IMG/VR virus record: IMGVR_UViG_3300020378_001929 | Span: 1 to 64,000 of that record | Source: a virus | DNA: 64,000 nucleotides | Reading direction: 5' to 3' (one strand) | In this document: in pieces, positions 1 to 6,986 of the stretch | Layout: every line of letters begins with the position of its first letter | Position numbering within the stretch: the stretch's first letter is position 1 | The notes under the pieces: model-generated | What the model saw: the letters and a program-made list of their open reading frames with translations, nothing else | What the model was told of the DNA's origin: nothing | Databases searched by the model: none | Translations under genes and position numbers: made by a program

Positions 1-1126
1 GATAAGCATTGAGGTCTTGACCCAATTCTGGGGACCACTTTGCCTTCAACTTCTTGGTCTGAGCGGTAACTGCAATGCTGTCAACCTTAATGTCAATCTC
101 AGCAATCTGGTTTGCTGTGACGCCGCTGGCAGTATTACCAGTTGAAGGAGTAGGCTCTTCAAGCTGCCATGCGTCTGCACCGACAACACCGCCGATGGCG
201 GAGGAGTTAGCAATGATAGCGTCCTTCAAAGGAATAGTAAGCGTTCCACCACAAGCGGTTGTGATAGCTGCACCACCCTTATCATGAACTACAATAACCA
301 AGCGCTTATCTGTTGCGCTTTCGCTCACAACTCTTGTCAATCTTCTAACTAGTGTACCGTTACCCTGACCGGTCAGACCGCCAACAGCTTGAAGAAGCCC
401 TTCGTCGAGAACTCCGTTCTGCGTCGACGCGCCTTGAGAGAACTGACCACTGATAGAAGAAGTCATCTGAAGAACAGAAACAGTTCCGCCTTCGGCAAGA
501 ATGTCAGCATCATAACGAATTGCTTTTTTCTGTGCGTCTGTCATTGTTGCAACATCCTGGCTAGTAACCGCTGCGCCACCAAGGGCGGCTAGAACATTGC
601 TCGATAGCGCTGCAAGCTGATGAACTCTCAAAGATCCGGATGGAGCGGCTGCTCCAGCGCCGAAGTCATAGTGTCCGCCTGCTCCAGTAGCATCGGTTTC
701 CCCCGAGAGGTTTACACCACCGGTCAACTCGCGACCGACGACGTTTCCACCGTATACAGATGCTCCAGCTGCGGCGCCGTTACGGGCGGCTTCGTGCGTA
801 AAGTCAAGGAAGAAGATGAGACCACTTGGGAGACTCATCGGCTGAACCGAGACAAGATCGTTTGCAATCAATCCACCGAATACACGACGAACGATTGGAA
901 ATGCAACTGCAGCGAAACCTTCGACATCGCCAGCAGCCATAGATGAAGCCTCACGGAGAAGCTCCTTAGCCTGGTTTTCAAGCAAGACGGCCATTCCTTG
1001 CTTCTGCTGTCCTTCGTTAAGTCCCTCAAGAAGACCGGTCTGCTCCCACTTGTTAAGTAGAGCTTCGCCTTCCTTCTGGACATTACGAGTGACAACACCT
1101 TCAGTTAATTTCTGTAAAACAGACAT
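1..1126 (-). CDS. gp23: Major capsid protein, T4 gp23-like (5' part; runs off left edge; absent from the ORF track)
   Basis: Manual translation from ATG 1126 with GGAGG at 1136-1140: MSVLQKLTEG...KWEQTGLLEGL...MAVLLENQAKELLRE...AFPIVRRVFGGLIANDLVSVQPMSLPSGLIFFLDF. The same frame at the window edge reads TKKLKAKWSPELGQDLNAY. Both are gp23 signatures. Confidence 0.96.
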   Translation of the reverse strand, partial: MSVLQKLTEGVVTRNVQKEGEALLNKWEQTGLLEGLNEGQQKQGMAVLLENQAKELLREASSMAAGDVEGFAAVAFPIVRRVFGGLIANDLVSVQPMSLPSGLIFFLDFTHEAARNGAAAGASVYGGNVVGRELTGGVNLSGETDATGAGGHYDFGAGAAAPSGSLRVHQLAALSSNVLAALGGAAVTSQDVATMTDAQKKAIRYDADILAEGGTVSVLQMTSSISGQFSQGASTQNGVLDEGLLQAVGGLTGQGNGTLVRRLTRVVSESATDKRLVIVVHDKGGAAITTACGGTLTIPLKDAIIANSSAIGGVVGADAWQLEEPTPSTGNTASGVTANQIAEIDIKVDSIAVTAQTKKLKAKWSPELGQDLNAY

Positions 1127-1147
1127 TATATAATACCTCCAAAAATG

Positions 1148-2377
1148 TTATTTATTTGTTTTTATTCCTGCCAACCTTTGCAATCTATTGAATGCCGGAT
1201 TGACAGCTTTTTCTTTTTGCTCGTTTCGAGCGCCAACAAGCAACGTTGATCGTCTTGATACCGCCTCACTAAGACTACCCATCTTCTTCTCTGCAGGTGA
1301 TGAAGTGACAGTCTCTTGAAGAGTATCAAATATAATCTTCGCTTCTTGTACAGTCGTGGCTTTCGAAATGGACTCGACAAGTTTTTCTTTTTGTCGCTCA
1401 TTCAGGGAGGCATTCTCTAAAGCCCGATTAATATACAACAACTTCGCGTTGGAGACATTCGTGGTTTCCAACTTTTCTTGCAAAGTTTCAAGTGTTGTAG
1501 TGTATTTTTCTATCTGTGCCTTCAGTTTAGTGGCAACAGTTCCTAGAGTTTTGTTTTCTTTCTGTAAGGCTGCCACTGTTTTGCGCAGCTCTTCGTTCTC
1601 TTCTTTTACTTTTGAGTCTTGTTCACGGGCGAGGAGCATTTGCTCATACTCTCTCATAAGGGATTCTGGCGTTCCTGCCCAGCCTGACTTTTGTGGTTCA
1701 AAATCAACACGAACAGCCTCTTCTAGATCTTCAAGGTCGAGGTCTTCATCTAAGTCAATTTCGTCTAAAAGCATCTCTGCTATCATATCTGCCGAAAATT
1801 CAGTATCGATATCAGCGTCCGGGGTGTCAGAAGCGTCAAGTTCTGCGTCATCACCAAAATCTGTATCAATTCCAAGATCCATATCGTCCTCGTCGTCAGT
1901 AATGTCGATACTTAGCTCCTCATCAGAAAGCTCATCGTCGCCACCGAAGACACCACCCTCGTCTTCATCCGGAAGGTCTGCTCTCAAGGAGTCAAGCTTA
2001 ATATCAACAATCTCGTCTTCTGGGTCTCCTAGATCTGGACTGAACGCGTCTGGTACCTGCCCTACTGTGCTGTCTCTAAATTCTTCTGCAGCTGCAGTAT
2101 CTTGATCTACTTCGGGATCTTCAGTTGCGGTTTCTATAGGGTCTGGAGTGTCGAGCATGTCTGCTGGCTCCCCCATACCGGGGTCATCGAGTTCCTCTGG
2201 TTCGTCTTCGGATCCGATTCCCAAATCTTCCGGGAAGTCGTCCTGCTCCAAAAGAGTGCTTACGGCAGATTTAACTTCTTCGGAATATTTTTCTATTACA
2301 AGGTTTTCTGCATTCTTCAGCGCTGCTTCTTTTAGCGCCTTAGCATCGATAATCGCTCTTTCTAGTAGGCTTGACAT
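1148..2377 (-). CDS. Prohead core/scaffolding protein (gp22-like)
   Basis: Immediately upstream of the capsid gene; very acidic central region, C-terminal coiled coil, ends RLQRLAGIK; AGGAG RBS. Confidence 0.75.
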   Translation of the reverse strand: MSSLLERAIIDAKALKEAALKNAENLVIEKYSEEVKSAVSTLLEQDDFPEDLGIGSEDEPEELDDPGMGEPADMLDTPDPIETATEDPEVDQDTAAAEEFRDSTVGQVPDAFSPDLGDPEDEIVDIKLDSLRADLPDEDEGGVFGGDDELSDEELSIDITDDEDDMDLGIDTDFGDDAELDASDTPDADIDTEFSADMIAEMLLDEIDLDEDLDLEDLEEAVRVDFEPQKSGWAGTPESLMREYEQMLLAREQDSKVKEENEELRKTVAALQKENKTLGTVATKLKAQIEKYTTTLETLQEKLETTNVSNAKLLYINRALENASLNERQKEKLVESISKATTVQEAKIIFDTLQETVTSSPAEKKMGSLSEAVSRRSTLLVGARNEQKEKAVNPAFNRLQRLAGIKTNK

Positions 2378-2432
2378 TTAATTTAACTCCTAAAATAGTA
2401 TACTATTACACAAATAAGAAAAGTTTCTCCCA

Positions 2433-2441
2433 ATAAATAGT
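2433..2441 (-). promoter_or_regulatory. Putative late promoter ACTATTTAT upstream of scaffold/capsid genes
   Basis: Exact 9-mer in intergenic DNA; same 9-mer at 11169, 11185, 21344 and 44960. Confidence 0.65.
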
Positions 2442-2480
2442 ATTTTATTTTAGTAAAGGGAAGGAAAAATTTTGAGACTA

Positions 2481-2963
2481 TTAGAAGGTGCTAAACCCAA
2501 CTCTAACAATATGATCGGCTGCTACATCGTCAGCATTGCCTACGTAGTTATATAAAAGTATTTTATCTACACCAAAGATTTCAAACACTTCTTGCTTACT
2601 TGAATTGTTTGTTACAACTGGTCCGACCACATAAGCCTGAGAGGCTCCCGTCTTATCAATGGAAGTTAAGGTCGTCCAAATACCGAAAGCATGCGAGTAA
2701 CCCAAAACACCAATCTGTATAGCTTTGTTGCCTCGGGCAACGGTTGTTGAATCTACCAGGATGTGCAGATATCTTTGATTTTCTGTTGTCAGTCCTTTAG
2801 TTGATGGTTCAGAAGCTCTATCCCAGTTGTTACCATTAGCAAGGGTGTTGGCATGGGTTAAGATATAGTTCTCATTGCCTACAAGGTTTTCAGAAAAAGC
2901 TACTTCTCCAGCATTTTTTGGTTGGCGGGTTCTGCCCCAGCTTGTAAATTTAAATTGAGACAT
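2481..2963 (-). CDS. Hypothetical protein, paralogue 3 of a tandem family (probable virion/head protein)
   Basis: Shares TSWGRTR, TENQRYLH, YSHAFGIW, FEIFGVDK and terminal FSTF motifs with the two neighbours. Confidence 0.7.
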   Translation of the reverse strand: MSQFKFTSWGRTRQPKNAGEVAFSENLVGNENYILTHANTLANGNNWDRASEPSTKGLTTENQRYLHILVDSTTVARGNKAIQIGVLGYSHAFGIWTTLTSIDKTGASQAYVVGPVVTNNSSKQEVFEIFGVDKILLYNYVGNADDVAADHIVRVGFSTF

Positions 2964-2973
2964 TGTATATTAC

Positions 2974-3414
2974 CTAAAAAGTTGATGCTGCGGCGTAAAA
3001 AAAGTTAGTTGCATGAATCGCTGTATCAGTTACAAAATATACCCTATCTGTTCCATAGATCTCAAAGATCTTATATGTGCTGGCGTCGTTTGCTGAGATG
3101 GTAACTGCATTTCCTCTAGTGTCCGTTAGCGGCGACCATCTACCTAGTGCGTATGAGAAACCATAAACTGTCACTGTGGTGTTGCCTTGAGTAGTTTCAA
3201 TACTGGTGTCCAACAAAAGATGCAAGAATCTTTGATTTTCCGTTGAGTATCCATGAGATGAATCGGTCAAGTCTGCGCCGGCAAGGGCAGATGTTGGGAC
3301 AGTGAGGGTTGCACCAGCTGCACTAGTGCCAGCCCTGTGAGATGACAGGATATTCTTTGGGGATCTTGTTCTTCCCCAGCTGGTGTTTTTAAAAACCTTT
3401 GGATCATGTGCCAT
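2974..3414 (-). CDS. Hypothetical protein, paralogue 2 of the tandem family
   Basis: MAHDPKVFKNTSWGRTR, STENQRFLH, FSYALGRW, FEIYGTDR, ends ASTF; GGAG RBS. Confidence 0.7.
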   Translation of the reverse strand: MAHDPKVFKNTSWGRTRSPKNILSSHRAGTSAAGATLTVPTSALAGADLTDSSHGYSTENQRFLHLLLDTSIETTQGNTTVTVYGFSYALGRWSPLTDTRGNAVTISANDASTYKIFEIYGTDRVYFVTDTAIHATNFFYAAASTF

Positions 3415-3418
3415 TTTG
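3374..3418. repeat. 45-bp perfect direct repeat, copy 1 (5' end of 2974..3414)
   Basis: ccccagctggtgtttttaaaaacctttggatcatgtgccattttg, identical to 3858-3902. Confidence 0.95.
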
Positions 3419-3442
3419 TTTCTCCGTTATAATTCTAATTAG

Positions 3443-3898
3443 TTAAAAAGTATTAAATCCTAAATAAACCTTATCATTTGTTGCATCAAAACTGCCGCCG
3501 TGTTGCACATATATGCGATCAATACCTGCTATCTCTAATACATATTTTGTACATTGAGGACTATCTTGGCTATGTTGCAACTGATGTTGGTTGCTGTCTC
3601 CGTTAATCCAAATATTTTGGAACCCTGATCCGTGCCTGGTTAATCTTCCCCATCGACCCATGGCGTGGCTATAGCCCCAGATAGTGAACGCAGAGTTATT
3701 ATCTGTGGCTCCGGGAAAACCATTGACTGCTAAGTGCATATATCTTTGGTTCTCTGTTGAGTACCCCAGCGTTTTGTCTGTCGCGGTGGGAACGGCGGCG
3801 CTGGTGGTTATTTGTGCTCCTTGGGTGGCGGTAGAATTCTTTATGCCCCTAGTTTTGCCCCAGCTGGTGTTTTTAAAAACCTTTGGATCATGTGCCAT
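3443..3898 (-). CDS. Hypothetical protein, paralogue 1 of the tandem family
   Basis: MAHDPKVFKNTSWGKTR, STENQRYMH, YSHAMGRW, LEIAGIDR, ends FNTF; GGAG RBS. Confidence 0.7.
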   Translation of the reverse strand: MAHDPKVFKNTSWGKTRGIKNSTATQGAQITTSAAVPTATDKTLGYSTENQRYMHLAVNGFPGATDNNSAFTIWGYSHAMGRWGRLTRHGSGFQNIWINGDSNQHQLQHSQDSPQCTKYVLEIAGIDRIYVQHGGSFDATNDKVYLGFNTF

Positions 3899-3902
3899 TT
3901 TG
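3858..3902. repeat. 45-bp perfect direct repeat, copy 2 (5' end of 3443..3898)
   Basis: Identical to 3374-3418. Confidence 0.95.
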
Positions 3903-3910
3903 CTGCTCCG

Positions 3911-4150
3911 TCACCTATACTCTTTTTCAAGACGGCGTTTTTCCTTTTCGTTAGCAATCTTGATTAATCTCTTTTTTTCTAACTTCTTCATGCGCCTTTT
4001 TACAGAGCGTTTAGTGAAGTACCTTCTTTCCCTAACCTCTTCTAGGACTCCGCTCTTCTTTACTTTTCTAGTAAACTTCTTAATAGCTTTTTCAATATTT
4101 TGTTGATCTGTAACTTTTACTTCAACATGAACTGGAGTTCTTCGTCCCAT
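3911..4150 (-). CDS. rpsU: Phage-encoded ribosomal protein bS21
   Basis: 79 aa, highly basic; VKV...NIEKAIKKFTRKVKKSGVLEEVRERRYFTKRSVKRR follows the bS21 pattern (IE.AL+RF++...G+L.E.+.R.++.KPS.+R+). Confidence 0.9.
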   Translation of the reverse strand: MGRRTPVHVEVKVTDQQNIEKAIKKFTRKVKKSGVLEEVRERRYFTKRSVKRRMKKLEKKRLIKIANEKEKRRLEKEYR

Positions 4151-4176
4151 GATACCTTATTCCTTTTATCCTTATC

Positions 4177-4602
4177 TTATTTTAATTGGTTCCATTTATT
4201 GCCTGCTAGCCCAAGAAGACCAGATATGTCTACTCCTGAGTCGTTAGGATCTTTTCCTGCCAGTGGACCGTGTGCAGTTGTCTTGCCTGGGGTGCCTGCT
4301 GATGTCAGCGGTTCCGTTCCTTCGAAAATTTTTGACATTTTGTCGTTACCAATTGCGTCGAGCATCTTGCGCTTAGTTTCGAGCAATTGTTTTCTTTTAT
4401 TCTCTTGCTGTTCCGCGGCTAGGTTTTGTGCGGGTATTTGAGAGTCAGGAATAGTACTAGCTTGTTTCGATTCTGCTATCACGCTTTGCGCCTTTGTGAT
4501 GCCGAAGGCAACTTCAGCAATTATTTCTGACAGTACGCCTTCTTCAAACAATGTTTCTTTGACGCATTCCTTTATTATCTTTTTTAGTTCTGAGCGTTTC
4601 AT
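4177..4602 (-). CDS. Hypothetical head-module protein
   Basis: 141-aa ORF abutting the protease gene; N-terminus MKRSELKKIIKECVKE. Confidence 0.7.
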   Translation of the reverse strand: MKRSELKKIIKECVKETLFEEGVLSEIIAEVAFGITKAQSVIAESKQASTIPDSQIPAQNLAAEQQENKRKQLLETKRKMLDAIGNDKMSKIFEGTEPLTSAGTPGKTTAHGPLAGKDPNDSGVDISGLLGLAGNKWNQLK

Positions 4603-5208
4603 TTATTTCTCGAATTTGTGTAAAATGCTGTTTAGGGCTCTGTCGATTCGGTCCCCATGGGTAAAGATATTTGGGCGCTCCTTTGCTTCCGTAAGGTTCA
4701 TAAACGCGTTTGGTGTTGAAGGGTCTGATACCATATCAAAACAAATCAGTTGAAAGTCGTCTTGAACCATATTGATGCCGTTTTTTTCCTGGAGTGACCC
4801 TAGTCCTCTGGAGGATATGCCAAGCTGGACGCCGGACTCCACAAGTCCTTGCAGTATCTTTCCAGAAGGTGTAGGTAAGACTTTCATTTTACCATAACAC
4901 TTTGGTCCATCCATCCAGATTTCTGTGATTAGATGAGAGGCATTATTTAAATTAACTATAGGAGAATCTGGATGATCCAACTCACCAAGAGCGCGGTTTG
5001 AGCTAACTAACCTCTTGTAGTTGTTAACTTCCCTGACCAACACTTCCTCTGTATACATTCTGCCATTGCCATTCTTGACTCCGGCTTCTTGCATCAAGCC
5101 AGATAAAATACAGCCACCTTCGGCGACAAACTTTTTCTCTGCTTCTGTTAGGAGATCTTGACAAACACCTCCGTCACAAAGTTGATAATATTCTCTTATA
5201 AGTTTCAT
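4603..5208 (-). CDS. gp21: Prohead core protease (T4 gp21-like)
   Basis: Motifs KNGNGRMY, ALGELDHP, NASHLI, LGISSRGLGS, FDMVSDPS; GAGGAG RBS. Confidence 0.93.
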   Translation of the reverse strand: MKLIREYYQLCDGGVCQDLLTEAEKKFVAEGGCILSGLMQEAGVKNGNGRMYTEEVLVREVNNYKRLVSSNRALGELDHPDSPIVNLNNASHLITEIWMDGPKCYGKMKVLPTPSGKILQGLVESGVQLGISSRGLGSLQEKNGINMVQDDFQLICFDMVSDPSTPNAFMNLTEAKERPNIFTHGDRIDRALNSILHKFEK

Positions 5209-5222
5209 ACTTCTCCTCGAAT

Positions 5223-5237
5223 GCGGGGGTCACCCGC
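5223..5237 (-). other. GC-rich hairpin (GCGGG-UGACC-CCCGC) just 5' of the protease RBS
   Basis: 5-bp all-GC inverted repeat in a short intergenic gap of an AT-rich genome; no U-tract follows it. Confidence 0.5.
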
Positions 5238-5242
5238 GTCAC

Positions 5243-5308
5243 CTACGAACCTTTGCAACAGTTTGCGACAGGGCGGAGGTACCATCTTATGTTGTTAAAG
5301 TTGTTCAT
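5243..5308 (-). CDS. 21-aa small ORF MNNFNNIRWYLRPVANCCKGS
   Basis: Manual translation; AAGGA upstream of ATG 5308; fills the gap between two operon genes. Confidence 0.5.
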   Translation of the reverse strand: MNNFNNIRWYLRPVANCCKGS

Positions 5309-5318
5309 CGTTAAATCC

Positions 5319-5615
5319 TTATCTGTTTTCTATCTTTATTCCGTCATCATCGAAAACAGCATCAAACACATAGCTTGATAATGATCCGATACAACCAGCA
5401 ACCAATGCTGTGACTAAAGAATAATCAAAATTAAATAGTTCTGTATATTTGTTTACGGACCACAAAAATATACCTGACCAAAAGCCTGTGCACATAGAGC
5501 ACGAGAAAAGCTGACCCAACCAGCCGTGCACCGGACGTAAATTTTCAAGGATTTTGCCGTAAACTAGAATTTGGGTCAAACCTGCGCAAGAAAGGCAAAA
5601 ATAAACTAAACTCAT
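5319..5615 (-). CDS. Small membrane protein with CxxC (DUF1360-like)
   Basis: Three hydrophobic segments and LFSCSMCTGFWSG motif. Confidence 0.65.
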   Translation of the reverse strand: MSLVYFCLSCAGLTQILVYGKILENLRPVHGWLGQLFSCSMCTGFWSGIFLWSVNKYTELFNFDYSLVTALVAGCIGSLSSYVFDAVFDDDGIKIENR

Positions 5616-6166
5616 TCTTCCTCTTGTTCTTGCTTCTCTTTGTGTTCACGAACCAAAGAATAATTATACATGAACCCATATGGGCGAATGCCAGGGTGGA
5701 GGGATCCCTTTTTTGCTGACTGGGGGACGTCACCAAGATCTGTGGAGTCATCATCATCCGGGCGGAGGAGATAATCCAAACGATCATCATTAAATGATTT
5801 TGAAGATCTGAAAAATGGTTTTTCCTCATTGATATATTCGTCAAGAGCATAAAGAAATGCCTGCACGTTGTCGACACCAGGGATTTTTGATTCCATTATA
5901 TTCGCTTCTAAGGCACCGTAGACATTGCCACCTCTAATGCTTGCACGGTCGACGACTCCCCGTTTCGCCAAGAACTCAAACATTCTAGATTGTGCTTGGT
6001 ATACTTTGTCGCTTGTTTGGGCTTTTGGAAAGGCAATGCATTTGCTGTTGGCGCCCAATACAATGTCTAGGTCTTCGTGATCAAATATCATTATATCTCC
6101 ATTCAGGCTGCGGCGAGCCCTTAAGGATATAACCGGATCTCTCTGTATATCAACCTTTATTGTCAT
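5612..6166 (-). CDS. Hypothetical head-module protein
   Basis: 184-aa ORF overlapping both neighbours in the operon. Confidence 0.7.
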   Translation of the reverse strand: MTIKVDIQRDPVISLRARRSLNGDIMIFDHEDLDIVLGANSKCIAFPKAQTSDKVYQAQSRMFEFLAKRGVVDRASIRGGNVYGALEANIMESKIPGVDNVQAFLYALDEYINEEKPFFRSSKSFNDDRLDYLLRPDDDDSTDLGDVPQSAKKGSLHPGIRPYGFMYNYSLVREHKEKQEQEEE

Positions 6167-6986
6167 CTTTCTCTATCTCTTCTATTAATTCTTGGGTTTT
6201 TAAAACAATTTCTACAAGTTCGGTGTCTACATCTTTATCTTTGTACGACTCTAGTATGGAATATACCTTGTTCAACTTGTCGCTTAATGATGGATCTTGT
6301 TTTATCATATCTCTCTCGAAACATAATTTAACTTTCTTCTTCAACATCCCAAGCTCTTCATTTAGAAAATATTTAAATTCTATGCCATTATCTGAAAATG
6401 ATGAGATATACTTCTCAAGTAGTGTCTTCTGATTTTCGTTCAATGCGTCAGAGTATTCTTCATTGAACTTGTTGATAAATGTACCATATACTATGTTATC
6501 AATTGGCTGCTGGTTCTCTTGTATGGTCTGAGCTGATGCTGACATTTGATCTACTATATTTTCTTCCAGCAACACCCTATCTCTTACTGGTAGGGTTTCT
6601 TGGAAAATTGAATATACCGTTGCTAAGTTTTTGTAGTTTGGGACAAAAGTTTGAAAAATTTTGTTTGACAATGTCTTATTAATTTTGTTAATAAGAGCAG
6701 ATTGCTCTTGAAACACCGCCCTCTTATCAAGATCAAAATATCTTTGCTTCGCCTCTAGAACTATTCTTTCGGCTAGCCTCTTTTCAATATGTCTAGTCTC
6801 GTAGACACTCTTGTAAAGGTCCAGCTCCTTGTTGAGTTCTGTGCCTTTTGCGAAGTGTTCTTTCATAATTGAAACAATTTTGTTTTGTTTGTTTTTATTG
6901 TTTTTGACAATCGACTTTGTTAACTCTCTAACTAACGCTTCATAAACAAATGCTGTGTTTCTTTTTTTGTTATGCTTCAGTCTCAT
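6150..6986 (-). CDS. Hypothetical helical protein next to portal (probable start ATG 6986, MRLKHNKKRNTAF)
   Basis: Long ORF; GAGGG at 6996-7000 is correctly spaced for ATG 6986 rather than 6995. Confidence 0.72.
   Translation of the reverse strand: MRLKHNKKRNTAFVYEALVRELTKSIVKNNKNKQNKIVSIMKEHFAKGTELNKELDLYKSVYETRHIEKRLAERIVLEAKQRYFDLDKRAVFQEQSALINKINKTLSNKIFQTFVPNYKNLATVYSIFQETLPVRDRVLLEENIVDQMSASAQTIQENQQPIDNIVYGTFINKFNEEYSDALNENQKTLLEKYISSFSDNGIEFKYFLNEELGMLKKKVKLCFERDMIKQDPSLSDKLNKVYSILESYKDKDVDTELVEIVLKTQELIEEIEKDDNKG

Noticed and set aside
75-1098. Short ORFs 75..287, 389..592, 620..946 (+) and 868..1098 (-)
   Set aside because: They are antisense or off-frame shadows of the major capsid gene, which has an RBS and gp23 motifs.
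3374-3902. Diversity-generating retroelement template/variable repeat
   Set aside because: The copies are identical rather than differing at adenines, lie at gene 5' ends, and no reverse transcriptase is in the window.
5223-5245. Hairpin as a rho-independent terminator or SECIS/readthrough element
   Set aside because: No U-tract follows the stem; the preceding in-frame stop is TAG rather than TGA, and readthrough would not be in frame with the protease.
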